64,000 bases of DNA from Chiloscyllium plagiosum (GCF_004010195.1 NW_025215381.1:279504-343503); one strand, 5' to 3'; numbered from the stretch's first letter, positions 36,801-50,754 are shown. A program made the numbers and translations. Notes: a model not told the origin generated them from the letters alone.

Positions 36801-39800
36801 CTCGGAGTGGGGTTACACCCACCGGGATAGAGAGAGGCGTAAAATCCTGGAGTTATGGACACTCTCAGCGAGATAATGTGGGTCTGATAAACCTGGAGTG
36901 AGGGACACTCTCAGCGGGATAGTGTGGGTCTGATAATCCCGGAGTGAGGGACACTCTCAGCGGGATAGTGTGGGGCTGATAATCCCGGAGTGAGGGACAC
37001 TCTCAGCGGGATAGTGTGGGGCTGATAAACCCGGAGTGAGGGACACTCTCAGCGGGATAGTGTGGGGCTGATAAACCCGGAGTGAGGGACACACTCAGTT
37101 GGATAGTGTGGGGCTGATAATTCCGGAGTGAGGGACACTCTCAGGGGGATAGTGTGGGGCTGATAATTCCGGAGTTGGGGACACTCTCGGGGGATAATGT
37201 GGGGTTGATAAACCCGGAGTGAGGGACACTCTCAGCGGGATAGTGTGGGGCTGATAAACCTGGAATGAGGGACACTCTGAGGGGGTGAGTGTGGGGTTGA
37301 AAAACCCGGAGTGGGGGACACTCTCAGGGGTATAGTGTGGGGCTGATAAACCCGGAGTGAGGGACACTCTCAGAGGGATAGTGTGGGGCTGATAATTCCG
37401 GAGTTGGGGATACTCTCAGCGGGATAGTGTGGGGTTGATAAACCTGGAGTGAGGGACACTCTCAGCGGGATAGTGTGGGGCTGATAATCCCGGAGTGAGG
37501 GACACTCTGAGGGGGATAGTGTGGGGCTGATAATCCTGGAGTGGGGTCACACTCACCGGGATAGTGAGGGGCGGAAAATCCCGGAGTTGTGGACACTCTC
37601 AGCGAGATAGTGTGGGTCTGATAAACCCAGAGTGAGGGACACACTCAGCGGGATAGTGTGGGGCTGATAAACCCCGGAGTGAGTGATACACTCAGTTGGA
37701 TAGTGTGGGGCTGATAATTCCGGAGTGAGGGACACTCTCAGGGGGATAGCGTGGGGCTGATAAACCCCAGAGTGAGTGATACACTCAGTTGGATAGTGTG
37801 GGGCTGATAATTCCGGAGTTGGGGATACTCTCAGAGGGATAGTGTGGGGTTGATAAACCCGGAGTGGGGGACACTCTCAGAGGGCTAGTGTGGGGTTGAT
37901 AAATCCGGAGTGAGGGACACTCTCAGCGGGATAGTGTGGGACTGATAACCCCCGGAGTGAGGGACACACTCAGTTGGATAGTGTGGGGCTGATAATTCCG
38001 GAGTTGGGGATACTCTCCGCGGGATAGTGTGGGGTTGATAAACCCGGAGTGAGGGACACTCTCAGGGGAATAGTGTGGGTCTGATAAACACAGAATGGGG
38101 GACATTCTCAGCGGGATAGTGTGGGTCTGATAAACCCGGAGTGAGGGACAGTCTCAGCGGGATAGTGTGGGGCTGATAAACCCGGAGTGAGGGACACTCT
38201 CAGCGAGATAGTGTGGGGCTGATCAACCCAGAGTGAAGGACACTCTCAGTGGGATAGTGTGTGGCTGATAAACCTGGAGTGGGGGACACTCTGAGGGGGA
38301 TAGTGTGTGGCTGATAAATCCGGAGTGAGGGACACTCTCAGGGGGATAATGTGTGGCTGATAAATCCGGAGTGAGGGACACTCTCGGGGGATAGTGTGGG
38401 GCTGATAAACCCGGTAAACCGGGATTTGGACACACTCAGTGGTATAGTGTGGGGAAGATAAACCCGGAGTGGGACACTCTCAGTGGTACAGTGTGGGGCT
38501 GATAAATCCAGAGTGAGGGACACTCGGAGGGGGATAGTGTGTGGCTGATAAATCCGGAGTGAGGGACACTCTCAGGGGGATAGATTGGGGCTGATAAATC
38601 CGGAGTGAGGGACACTCTCAGGGGCATAGTGTGGGGCTGATAAACCCGGAGGGAGGGACACTCTCGGGGGATAGTGTGGGGCTGATAGACACAGAATGGG
38701 GGACACTCTCAGGGGCATAGTGTGGGGCTGATAAACCCGGAGGGAGGGACACTCTTAGGGGGATAGAGTGGGGCTGATATACCTGGAGTGAGGGACACTC
38801 TTAGGGTGATAGAGTGGGGCTGATAAACCTGGAATGAGGGACACTCTGAGGGGGTGAGTGTGGGGTTGAAAAACCCGGAGTGGGGGACACTCTCAGGGGG
38901 ATAGTGTGGGGCTGATAAACCCGGAGTGAGGGCACTCTCAGGNNNNNNNNNNNNNNNNNNNNNNNNNNNNNNNNATAGTGTGGGGCTGATAAACCCCGGA
39001 GTGAGGGACACTCTCAGGGGGATAGTGTGGGGCTGATAAACCCCGGAGTGAGTGACACTCTCAGTTGGATAGTGTGGGGCTGATAATTCCGGAGTTGGGG
39101 ATACTCTCAGAGGAATAGTGTGGGGTTGATAAACCCGGAGTGAGGGACACTCTCAGGAGGATAGTGTGGAGCTGATAAACCCAGAGTGGGGGACACTCTC
39201 AGCAGGATAGTGTGGGACTGATAAACCCCGGAGTGAGGGACACACTCAGTTGGATAGTGTGGGGCTGATAATTCCGGAGTTGGGGTTACTCTCCGCGGGA
39301 TAGTGTGGGGTTGATAAACCCGGAGTGAGGGACACTGTCAGGGGAATCGTGTGGGTCTGATAAACACAGAATGGGGGACACTCTCAGCGGGATAGTGTGG
39401 GACTGATAAACCCCGGAGTGAGGGACACACTCAGTTGGATAGTGTGGGGCTGATAATTCTGGAGTTGTGGATACTCTCCACGGGATAGTGTGGGGTTGAT
39501 ATACCTGGAGTGCGGAACATTCTCTGCGGGAATGTGTGAAATGATAAACCCAACATGGGGGACACTCTCAATGGGATAGTGTGAAGCTGATTAACCCGGA
39601 ATAAGGGACACTCTCAGCAGGATAGTGTGGGGCTGTAAAACCCGGAGTGGGGGACACTGATAGTGTGGGGCTGTAAAACCCGGAGTGGGGGACACTCTCA
39701 AGGGGATAGTGTGGGGCTGATAAACCCGGAGTGTGGGATACTCTCAGGGGGATAGTGTGGGGCTGATAAACCCGGAGTGAGGGACACTCTCAGTGGGATA

Positions 39801-40538
39801 GTGTGGGGTTGATATACCCGAAGTGCGGAACATTCTCAGCAGGAATGTGTGGAATGATAAACACGGAATGGGAGACACTCTCAGCGGGATTGTGAGGGGC
39901 GGAAAATCCCGGTGTAGTGGGCACTCTCAGCGAGATAGAGTGAGGCTGATAATCCCGGAGTTGGGGACACTCTCAGTGGGATAGTGTGGGGTTGATAAAC
40001 CCGGAGTGGGGGACACTCTCAGGGGGATTGTGGAGGGCTGATAAACCCGGAGTGACAGACACTCTCAGCGGGATAGTGTGGGGCTGATAAACCCGGAGTG
40101 ACAGACACTCTCAGTGGGATAGTGTGGGGCTGATAAACCCGGAGTTGAGGACACTCTCATCGGGATAGTGAGGGGCTGTTAAACCCGGACTTGAGGACAC
40201 TCTCAGGGGGATAGTGTGGGGCTGATAAACCCGGAGTTGGGGACACTCTCAGCGGGATAGTGTGTGGCGGAAAATCCCGGTGTAGTGAGCACTCTCAGCA
40301 AGATAGAGTGAGGCTGATAAACCTGGAGTGGGGAACACTCTCAGCGGGATAGTGTGGGGCTGATAAACCCGGAGTCAGGGACACTCTTCAAGGGGATAGT
40401 GTCGGGCTGATAAACCCAGAGTGAGGGACACTCTCAGTGGGATAGTGTGGGGCTGATAATCCCGGAGTGAGGGACACTCTCAGCGGGATAGTGTGGGGCT
40501 GTTAATCTCGGAGTTGGGGACACTCTCAGCGGAATAGA
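33805..40538 (+). repeat. Satellite/minisatellite, 46-bp unit (CTCTCAGCGGGATAGTGTGGGGCTGATAAACCCGGAGTGAGGGACA), roughly 145 copies
   Basis: Periodicity is directly visible; small gap at 38943-38974. Confidence 0.97.
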
Positions 40539-41251
40539 GCTAAGAGCAGCAAGGAGGGGACATGAAAGGTCCCTAGTCGGTAGGATTAGGGAAANNNNNN
40601 NNNNNNNNNNNNNNNNNNNNNNNNNNNNNNNNNNNNNNNNNNNNNNNNNNNNNNNNNNNNNNNNNNNNNNNNNNNNNNNNNNNNNNNNNNNNNNNNNNNN
40701 NNNNNNNNNNNNNNNNNNNNNNNNNNNNNNNNNNNNNNNNNNNNNNNNNNNNNNNNNNNNNNNNNNNNNNNNNNNNNNNNNNNNNNNNNNNNNNNNNNNN
40801 NNNNNNNNNNNNNNNNNNNNNNNNNNNNNNNNNNNNNNNNNNNNNNNNNNNNNNNNNNNNNNNNNNNNNNNNNNNNNNNNNNNNNNNNNNNNNNNNNNNN
40901 NNNNNNNNNNNNNNNNNNNNNNNNNNNNNNNNNNNNNNNNNNNNNNNNNNNNNNNNNNNNNNNNNNNNNNNNNNNNNNNNNNNNNNNNNNNNNNNNNNNN
41001 NNNNNNNNNNNNNNNNNNNAGATGTTAGGGGTAGGTTCTTTACTCAGCGAGTCGTGAGTTCATGGAATGCCCTGCCAGTAGCAGTGGTGGACTCTCCCTC
41101 ATTATGGGCATTTAAGCGGGCATTGGATAGGCATATGGAGGATAGTGGGCTAGTGTAGGTTAGGTGGGCTTGGATCGGCGCAACATCGAGGGCCGAAGGG
41201 CCTGTACTGCGCTGTATTCTTCTATGTTCTATGTTCTATGTTCTATGTTCT
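40539..41251 (+). mobile_element. CR1 LINE (mid-ORF2 start, gap, 3' end with (TTCTATG)n tail)
   Basis: LRAARRGHERSLVGRIRE before the gap. The 3' end is near-identical to 33580-33800. Confidence 0.85.
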
Positions 41252-41559
41252 AAAATGAGCTATAAAGAAAAGTAAGATCGATTATGAGAAAAACACTAGC
41301 TCAGAATATAACAGTAAAAAGGAGTATTATTTGAATGGTGAAACATTCCTGAATCACAGAAGATTGGTCTGCAGATACAACCGGAAAGCAAATGGAGTTA
41401 GGAAAGCAAATGGAGTTTTGGCCTTCATTGCTAGAAGGATTGAGTTCAAAAGCAGGGAGGTTATGTTGCCGCTATATAGGGTATCCTGTAGTGTTTGAAA
41501 TTTCTCATGGTCTTGAGAAAGACACTCTGACTATTCACTCTAACAATTTTACTTACTAT

Positions 41560-42310
41560 CATCCGGTCACCCCTCAGCCTTCAAAGCTTGAGTCAAAACA
41601 ATCCAGGTTTTTCCAAACTCTCCTTATTGCTAATACATTCTAATCCAGGCAACATCCTGATCGACCTCTTGCACCAAAGTCACCACATCCTTCCTATAAT
41701 CATTCCTATAGACCAGAACTACACACAGTATTCCAAGTGTAGCCGAATTAAAGTCTTATACAGTTGCAACCTGACTTGCCAATTTTCACACCCAATATCC
41801 TGACCAATGAAGACAAGTGTGCGGTACACCTCCCTTGTCATGTTGCTACTTTCAGGGTGATATGGACTTGGACCCCAGGATCCCTCTGAATGTCAGTGTT
41901 ACGAAGGGACCGGCCATTTACAGTAAACTTTCCTCTTGTACGTGACCTCCCAAGATGCATCACCTTACACTATTCCGGATGACACTCCATCTGCCATTTC
42001 ACTGCCCAAATTGATCTATATTCTACACTATCCTTTGATAACATTCCTCGCTATCCATACCTCCGCCAAATTTCATGTCATCTGCAAATTTACTAATCAG
42101 ATCACCTAAATTTTTATCCAAATCACTTATATAGCAAACAACAGAGGTCCTAGTACTTGTCCTTGTGGTCATAGACCTCCAGTCAGAAAAAAAAAGACAC
42201 CTCTCCACAACTACCCTCTATTGTTAATGGCCAAACCAATTTTATACTAAATTTACCAACTCACCATGGATTCCACGTGACTTAACCTTCTGGAACAGAT
42301 TCCCATCCTT
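41560..42310 (-). mobile_element. CR1 RT fragment
   Basis: ISKFADDMKFGG motif and downstream CR1 RT sequence. Confidence 0.85.
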
Positions 42311-42758
42311 CATTTGATGCAGAACTTCTCAAGAAGTATGTTGATCTTCAGAAATATATTTTGATTAAAGTAAAGATGGTATTAACCTAACCCCACTTCT
42401 TTAATGATGCTAACTCAAACATTAAAGCACCATTTTAAGGGATCGAGTTTTTGATCAGTTTATGTCCTAATGCTGGTTGTTAGTGAAAATGCTGAGAAAG
42501 AGTTAACATTTCGAGTACGGTATAACATCTTCAGAACCAAAAGGAGCTTAAAGATGTGGTTTTTTTGCTAGCAGTGAGAGGGAAGGAGCAAATTGAGGGT
42601 AGACTAGAATAAAAGACAAAGGCAGTGCTAATGATGGCAAAGGAGTGATAGCGGCGTAAACTGGGTGTTAATGTTTGCTGTGAAAAGGGGAAAATGAGTC
42701 CCTGCTGCTCGAAGCAAAGTCAACAAGATACACACGAGACATAGGAAGGGTATGGTAG

Positions 42759-43384
42759 TGAAGATCTCAATTCCCCCGGGAAGGGTCTCTCGGTTCCGCG
42801 ATTGGTCAAATAAATAACAGGAGTACAGTCTGCATCAGCAAGATTTCACACTTTAATGGGTAATGGCTGGCTACAGGTTTGTCCAGCAACACAGGTTGAA
42901 AGCTTCCATGTTCCTTGGAGAAAACTGTACAATTTCACTTGGAACAAAGGCAATTTTTATATGTTCCTTAAGAAATACTCTGCCTTAATTGCAGAGTAAA
43001 TCCAATAAAGTGTAATAAAATGACATAATGGACAGCAGATTAATTTAATTCATTTCCTGGGAAACAAAGTTGTTTACCACGCACTATCTCTTTGCACTTG
43101 CATTTCAATTTTTGGTTGGATGATTAGTAATGTCCTATCTAGCTTAGTTAATTCCATACTCTGAAGGCTCTATTGCCTGCTTTATCTTTTGATTCAGTTA
43201 GCTCAGCCAGGCAGGAATGCAGCCTTTTAGCAGGGTGAGAAGCCATTTTAAATGTTGTGTTAATTTGCAGCCTGAAGCCATTTTGTTATGTTACTTTGCA
43301 TTAAGAAGCCATTTTGTGGTTAATAAAAACATGCATAAAATGGTTGTTCCTGACAACAGTCCAATTCCAGATTTTAGATCCTCA
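42759..43384 (-). mobile_element. Solo LTR of a related ERV family (626 bp)
   Basis: Termini TGAAGATCT...TTTTAGATCCTCA are shared with the provirus LTRs. 4-bp TSD GTAG at 42755-42758 and 43385-43388. Minus-strand TATAAAA near 42955-42961 and ATTAAA near 42852. Confidence 0.9.
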
Positions 43385-44624
43385 GTAGGGTGGGAGGGGG
43401 GAATGCAAGAGAAATAGAGGTTAGAGGTCATATTCTGAAATTGTGGAACTCAGGATTGAGTGCTAGAGGCTACAAATAACCTAAAAAGACAGAAGAGGGT
43501 CCAGAAACATAAATGCACAGGGTATTGAAGAAACAGGTGGAACTTCAGGACTGAATGTGTTGCTCCTGTCCGAGTCACCAATATAAAACTGACTTTTGTA
43601 ATAAGATCACTCCGTTCTTGTCACAACACAAGGAACAGATTGACTTTCCACTGGGTTCAGACCCCGTCCTTGGCTCACTTACTATATTTCACTAAATGTG
43701 CAAAGTCAGAAGTTGCGAGTCAGTTTTTCAGTTTTTGATTGACATTAATGTGGAGTTTCTAAATCAGTTCAAGTCTGCAATCTAATCAAGTTGTCCATGA
43801 GCTCTTTATAGGAAAGTGCAATACGGATAGATATTTTCTCTCTAACTAGAAAAGGAGTTTGTGTGGGAGCAGATACCAGATTTGGTTGCTTAATGGGCAC
43901 CATTCCAGATCCTTTAAAACATTATTTTGGACAGAGAACATATTATTCAGTGGCCCACTTAGCCAGGGATTTAATGTCAACCAACAGGAATGTAATAGGA
44001 TGACATATGTACAGGTACAGCATTACAAATGGAAAAATTGGGAGATGGTGGAGGTCAATAGACTCCATACTGACTGTACCAATTGTTATAATCCCAGACG
44101 AGGCTATCAAATTTATTTTAATTTCTGGTAGGGGTCAGAAGCCTTTTTGGTTTGTTTAAGCGTTTCAAAATGTGAAATCCCAACCCTTATTAAAAATATT
44201 AAGACACAAGAATCCAGCTTTTAAACAACGAAAATGTCACTAAATCAATTTACTATATATGTAAGAAAGCAATTAGACAAAAAAGGGGCATGAGAGAGAA
44301 CCTCCAAATTAGAATAGGGAAAAAGCAAAGATATTTTCTAAATATATTAAAGGGAAGAGGATAACCAGAGAAAGAGTAGGGCCCATTAACGACCAAGGGG
44401 ACACCCAGTGTGTGAAACCTTAGCCTACTGGGATGAGAAAGGAGAACGTAGCTATGGAATTGAGGAAAAGAGACTGTGATGAACATGCATCATTTGGCAA
44501 TGGAAATGGGGAGGTACTAGAGGTTCTGTCGGGATTAAAAATGGACAAATCTCCTGGCTTGGATGAACTGCATCCCATGTTGATATGGGAGGTGAGGCAG
44601 GAAATTACAAGGGCTCTGAGATAG

Positions 44625-45583
44625 GGGGAAGTTACTGTTCTGGGTCCAGCATTGTTTGTCATTTTTATTATTGACCTGGATGAGAGCATAGAAGGATGGA
44701 TTAGTAAATTTGCGGATGACACAAAGGTCGGTGGAGTTGTGGATAGTCCAAAGGATGTTGTAGGTTACAGAGTGACATAGATAAGCTGCAGAGCTGGGCT
44801 GAGAGGTGGCAAATGGAGTTTAATGTGGAAAAGTGTGAGGTGATTCACTTTGAAAGGAGCAACTGGGCTAATGGTAAGATTCTTGGTAGTATAGATGAAC
44901 AGAAAAATCTCGGTGTCCAGCTACACAGATCCTTGAAATTTGCCACTCAGGTTGATAGGGTTGTTAAGAAGGCATACGGTGTGTTAGCTTTTATTGGTCA
45001 AGGGATTGAGTTTTGGAAACATGAGGTCATGCTGCAGCTGTACAAAACTCTGGTGTGGCTGCACTTGGAGTATTGTGTATAGTTCTGGTCACCACATTAT
45101 AGGAAGGATGTGGAAGCTTTGGAAAGGGTTCAGAGGAGATTTACTGGGATGTTGCCTGGTATGGAGGGATGGTCTTATGAGAAAAGGCAGAGGGACTTGA
45201 GGCTGTTTTCGTTAGAGAGAAGAAGGTTGAGAAGTGACTATATTCAGACATATAAGATAATCAGAGGGTTAGATAGGGTGGACAGTGAGAACCTTTTTCC
45301 TCAGATGGTGATGGCTCGCACAAGATAACATAGCTTTAAATTGAGGGGGATAGATCTAAGACAGATGTCAGAGGTTGTTTCTTTACTCAGAGAGAGTAGG
45401 GGTGTGTAACGCATTGCCTGAACACTAGACTTGCCAATTTTTAGGGCATTTAAATGGTCATTGGATAGATATATGGATGAGAATGGAAGAGTGTAGGTTA
45501 GATAGGCTTCGGATTGGTTCCACAGGTTGGCACAGCATCGAGGGGCGAAGGGCCTGTACTGCGTTGTAATGTTCTATGTTCTG
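44625..45583 (+). mobile_element. CR1 LINE, 5'-truncated
   Basis: [24 protein letters not shown], 3' UTR and tail. Confidence 0.9.
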
Positions 45584-48101
45584 TGCCAGAGGACTGGAGG
45601 ATGGTTAATGTGGTGCCACTTTTCAAGAAAGATAATAGAGAGGAACCAGGAAATTATACTTGGTGAGTCTTACGTTAGTGGTAGGTAAACTATTGGAGAA
45701 CATTTTGAAGGAACAAATTAATATTCACTTAGAAAGGTATGAATCAATTACAGATAGTCATTGTGACTATGTCAGAGGGAAGGAAAGTCTAACAGATTTG
45801 TTAGAGCTGTTTGAAAATGTGATCAAGTGTGTGGATGAGGGATATTCAGTTGATGTAATTTATTTATGGTCAACCAAGCTTTTGACGAGATCCTGCATGG
45901 GAGACTGATTGAGAAGATTAAAGTACATGGAACAGAGAGAAATGTGGTGAGATGGACCAGAAGCTGGCTTAGTAATGGGACACAAGGGTCGTGGTAGAAA
46001 GCTGTTTGAGCGACTGGAGGCCGGTGTCTGGTGGTGTACCATAAGGATCAGTACTGGGACCCTTATTACATAGAGCATAGAACATCGAACAGTGTAGTAG
46101 AGTACAGGCCCTTCGGCCCTCTGTGTTGTGCCGGCCTAAGATCCGAGTAACCTGCATACCCTTCATTGTACAAACTTCCATCTGCCTATCCAAGATCGTT
46201 TAAATGTCCCTAATGTATCTGGCTCTACTACCATCACTGGCAGTGCATTCCACGCACCCACCGCTCTCTGAATAAAGAACTTATCTCTGACATCTCCCCT
46301 AAACCTTCCTCCAATCACCTTAAAATTGTGCGCCCTCATGATAGATATTTCTGCCATGGGAAAGTGTCTCTGGCTATCCAGTCAATCTATGCCTCTCAAC
46401 ATCTCATACACCTCTAACAAGTCACCTCTCATCCTTCTTCTCTCCAGTGAGAAAAGCCCTAGTTCCTTCAACCTTTCTTCATAAGATATACCCTCCAGTC
46501 CAGGCAGCATCCTGGTCAATCTCCTCTGCACCCTCTTGAAAGTTTCTACACTTTTCCTATATTGAGGCGACCAGAACTGAACACAATGTTCCAAGTGTTG
46601 TCGAACCAGGACTCTATGGAGCTGCAGCAGAACATCACAGCTCTTAAACTTAACCCCCTGCTAATGAAAGCCAACACACTATATTTCTTCTTAACAACCC
46701 TATCAACCTGGGAGGCAACTTTGAGGGATCTATGGACATGGACCCCAAGATCGGTCTGATCCTCCACACTACCAAGAATCCTGCCTTTAACCCTGTATTT
46801 TGCATTCAAATTCGACTTTACAAAGGGAACGACTTCATATGTTTCCCGGTTGAACTCCATCTGCTACTTCTCAGCCCAGCTCTGCATCCTGTCAATGACC
46901 TGTTGCAACTAACAGCCCTCCACACTATTCACAACTCTACCAGGCTTCATGTCATTGGAAAACGTACTAACCTACCCTTCCACTTCCTCTTCCAAGTCAT
47001 TTATAAAAATCACAAAGAGCAGAGGTCCCAGAACCAATCCCTGTGAAACACTACTGGTCACCAAGCTCCAGGCTGAATACTTTCCATCTACCATCACCTC
47101 TGTCTTGTATGGGCCAGCCAATTCTGTATCCGGACAGGCAGGTTTCCCTGTATCCCTTACCTCCTTACTTTCTGAATGAGCCTACCATGGGGAACCTTAT
47201 CAAATGCCTTGATAAAATCCACATACACCACATCCACTGCTCTACCTTCATCGAAGTGTTTTGTCACATCCTCAAAGAATTCAATAAGGCTTGAGTCATG
47301 ACTGGCCTTTATAAAGCCATGCTGACTATCTCTAATCAAACTAACATTTTCCAAGTAATCATAAATCTAATCTCTCAGAATCCTTTCCAATACTTTGCCC
47401 ACCATTGACATACGACTGACTGGTTTGTAATTCCCAGGATTATCCCTAGTGCCTTTCTTGAACACTTGCCTAACTCCAATCATCTGGCACTACTCCAGTG
47501 GACAGTGAGGATGCAAAGATCATCGCCAAAGGCCCAACAATCTCTTCCCTCGCTTCCTGTAGTGACCGAGGGCATATCCCGTCTGGCCCAAGGGATTCAA
47601 CTATCCTTATGTTTTTCAGACTTTTCAGCACATCCTCCTTCCTAACATCAACCTGTTCGAACATATTACTCTGTTTCATGTGTCCTCCAAAACGTCAGTA
47701 GTGAATACTGAAGCAAATTATTCATTGAGGACCTCCTCTACCTCTTCCGATTCCAGGCGCAACTTCCTTCCCCTATCTCTGATCGGCCCAACCCTCACTC
47801 TGGCCATCCTTTTGTTTCTCATATACCTTAGGGTTTTCCTTAATCCTACTCCCAAAAGCTTTTTCATGTCGTCTTCTAGCCCTCCTAAATCCATTCTTCA
47901 GTTCCTTCCTGGCTACCTTATAACCCTCTAGAAACCTGTCTGATCCTTGGCTCCTCAACCTGAATTAAGCTTCCTTCATCCTCTTGACTAGATGTTCCAC
48001 ATCCCTTGCCACTCAAGGTTCCTTCATCCTACCATCCCTTCCTTGTCTCAGTGGATCAGTTCCTGCTTAATAGCACTGTAATTCCCCTCCCCCAATTAAA
48101 T

Positions 48102-48417
48102 GGGCAGCACGGTGGCTCAGTAGTTAGCACTGTTGCCTCTCAGCACGAGGTTTCCGGGTTCAATTCCAGCCTTGGGCGACTGTGTGGAGTTTGCACATTC
48201 TCCCCGTGTCTGCATGGGTTTCCCCAGGTGCTCTGGTTTCCTCCCACAGTCCAAAGATGTGCAGGTCAGGTGAATTGGCCATGTTAAATTGCCCATAGTG
48301 TTAGGTGCATTAGTCCGAGGGAAATGGGTCTGGGTGGGTTACTCTTTGGAGGGTTGGTGTGGACTTGTTAGGCCAAAGGGCCTGTTTCCACACTGTAGGG
48401 AATCTAATCTAATCTAA
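48102..48417 (+). mobile_element. HE1-like V-SINE nested in CR1
   Basis: Full SINE with a (TAATC)n tail. Confidence 0.92.
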
Positions 48418-48580
48418 TAAATACTTTCCCATACCGTCTGCTGCTATCCCTCTCCACGACTATAGTGAAGGTCAGGGAATTGTAATCACTATCACTGAAA
48501 TGTTCTCCCACCAAGAGATCTAACACCTGGCATGGTTTGTTGCGAAGCACCCAATCCAATATGGCCTCCTCTCTAGTCAG

Positions 48581-48664
48581 GAAGGGCTTATGCCCGAAAC
48601 GTCGATTCTCCTGTTCCCTGGATGCTGCCTGACCTGCTGCGCTTTTCCAGCAACACATTTTCAG
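48581..48664 (+). mobile_element. Short Penelope-like terminal insert with a 15-bp flanking duplication
   Basis: GAA-GGGC-TTAT-GCCC-GAAACGTC (hammerhead 3' half). CTCCTCTCTAGTCAG is duplicated at 48566-48580 and 48665-48679. Confidence 0.7.
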
Positions 48665-50754
48665 CTCCTCTCTAGTCAGCCTATCTACACATTGAGTCAG
48701 GAACCCTTCCTGGACACGCCAGTCAAAAACTGCTCCATCCAAACTATTTGAACTAAGGAGGTTCAATCAAAGTTAGGGAAGTTAAAAGTCAGTCATGACA
48801 ACAACCCTGTTACTTCTGCACCCTTCCAAAATGTGCCTCCCAATCTGCTGCTCCATGTCTCTGTTGCTGTTGGAGTGTCTGTAGAAAACTCCCAATAAAG
48901 TGACTTCCTGTTTCTGATATCCATCCATACCGACTCTGTAGATAAACCCTCCTCAACAATATCCCTTTCTGCAGCTGTGATATTATCCACGTTTGGCAAT
49001 GCCACTTCTCCATCCCTTTTACCCTCTCCTAATTCTTTTTGAAACATCTAAACCCTAGAACGTCCAACAAGCATTCCTGCCCCTGTGATAGCCAAGTATC
49101 TGTCATGGCCACAACATCATAGTCCCAAGTACTGATCCATGTTCGGAGTTTGCCAACCTTATTCCTGATACTTCGAGCATTAAAATAGACACACTTCAAC
49201 TCATCACACGAGCTGCATCTTTGCCCTATCAAGGGCCTATTTGTTATGTACATAAATGATATAGATGAAAATGTGGGGGTAATGTTAGGCATGTTTACAG
49301 ACAACACCAAGATTAATAGAGTGGTTAATAGAGAAAAAGATGGTTGTGAGATATAGATGGGTTGGTCAGATGGGTAGACCTGTGGCAGATGGTATTAAAC
49401 CCTCATCACTGTGAGGCGATACACTTGCAAGAAGGAACAAGATGAGAGATAATTTAGTGATAATGGCAGGACATTGGGTAGTTTAAAGGAACAGAGGGAC
49501 TTTCGGGTAATTATTCATAAATCCCTGAAGTCAGCAGAGCACGTGAATAGGATCGTTAAGAAGGCAATTTTCATCAGTTGAGGCATAGAGTATAAGAGCA
49601 AGGAGGTAGTGTTGGAATTGTACAGCACGTGGATCAGGCTACAACTGCAGTACCGTGTGCAGTTCTGGTCACCTAACTATGGGAAGGATGTGCTAACACT
49701 CGACGGAGAACAGAGCAGGTTCACCAGGATATTGCCCGGGATGGGAAAATTGACCTACGAGGAGAGACTGAATAGTCTTAGATTGTTTTCTTTCGAGGCC
49801 AGAAGACTGAGGAGTAAGGACATAATTGAAGTGCATGAGATCATGAGGGATATGGACAGAGTGAATAGAGGGCAGCTATTCACAGTAACATCCCATAATC
49901 ACACTCTTTGACAGGAAGGAAAATTCCGGCACAGATTCTCACATTCTCCAAATCAGGAGGGAAAAAAATCATCAAGACAAAATTCAGAAAAAATAGCAGC
50001 TTGGAGACGTTCACTGAAACACCAACTCTTTTGAGACAGCAAAAAACCTCTGCTCAAAACTAAACCTTAAAATTAAAAATAACTAGAAAGCTTGGCCTGA
50101 GAGAGCTGGCGAGGAGAAAGTGAGGTCTGCAGATGCTGGACACCAACTCTTTTGAGACAGCAAAAAACCTCTGCTCAAAACTAAACCTTAAAATTAAAAA
50201 TAGCAATAAAGTTTCAACTGAGAGAGCTGGCCACTGTTCCAACTTTAAAAAAACCCAAAACCTCACAAATTGTTTGTTTTCTGAGGAACAGCTTTAAACT
50301 TCTGCCTTACAACCTCACTTCAAAAAAACAAATCTGGACAAAATCACCTCTTAAGGCCACAGCATCCTCACAGACCTGATGTACTTCTGAGATTGTGTTC
50401 TGGCGAGGCTACACTCCAGCATCTACATAGCGTCTATGACTTAGTCCCATCTCCTGAAGGCATACTGCTTTTCGGCAAAGCCTCTCCTCCCCAGCTACTC
50501 AATATCTCTTCTCCTGAGAGTGCATGTACTGCACTTCAACTTGCAGTACTCTAGCTCTCTAGGTTCTCTGAACAGAACTCGTGCCCTAACTGAATTGAGC
50601 CAGAAAACAGCCCTGATTTAGCTCCATGGAATTTGACTCTCTCACTCACCCAGATAGTTTGGACTGTTGTTCACTAACTCTTAATCTGATTGAAGTGGCT
50701 AATCAACACACTTCAATGGGGTCCTGACCTTTTTTTCAAGGCAAAATCAAATAG

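Larger units (their letters stand above)
46069..49215 (-). mobile_element. CR1 LINE with near-complete but broken ORF2 (APE endonuclease + RT)
   Basis: LKCVYFNARSIRNK (endonuclease start), SQHGF, DFIKAFDKVPH, RT C-terminus and tail. Confidence 0.93.
44250..49900 (+). mobile_element. Old CR1 LINE interrupted by two younger CR1 insertions
   Basis: Colinear ORF2 pieces at 44250-44620 (DKSPGLDELHP), 45584-46066 (VSLTLVVGKLLE...) and 49233-49900 (MFTDNTK...FWSPNYGKD). Confidence 0.75.

Noticed and set aside
33805..40538. Pro/Ser-rich ORFs or RSS-like signals in the 46-bp satellite
   Set aside because: The unit length is not a multiple of three, and there is no CACAGTG heptamer with a correctly spaced nonamer.
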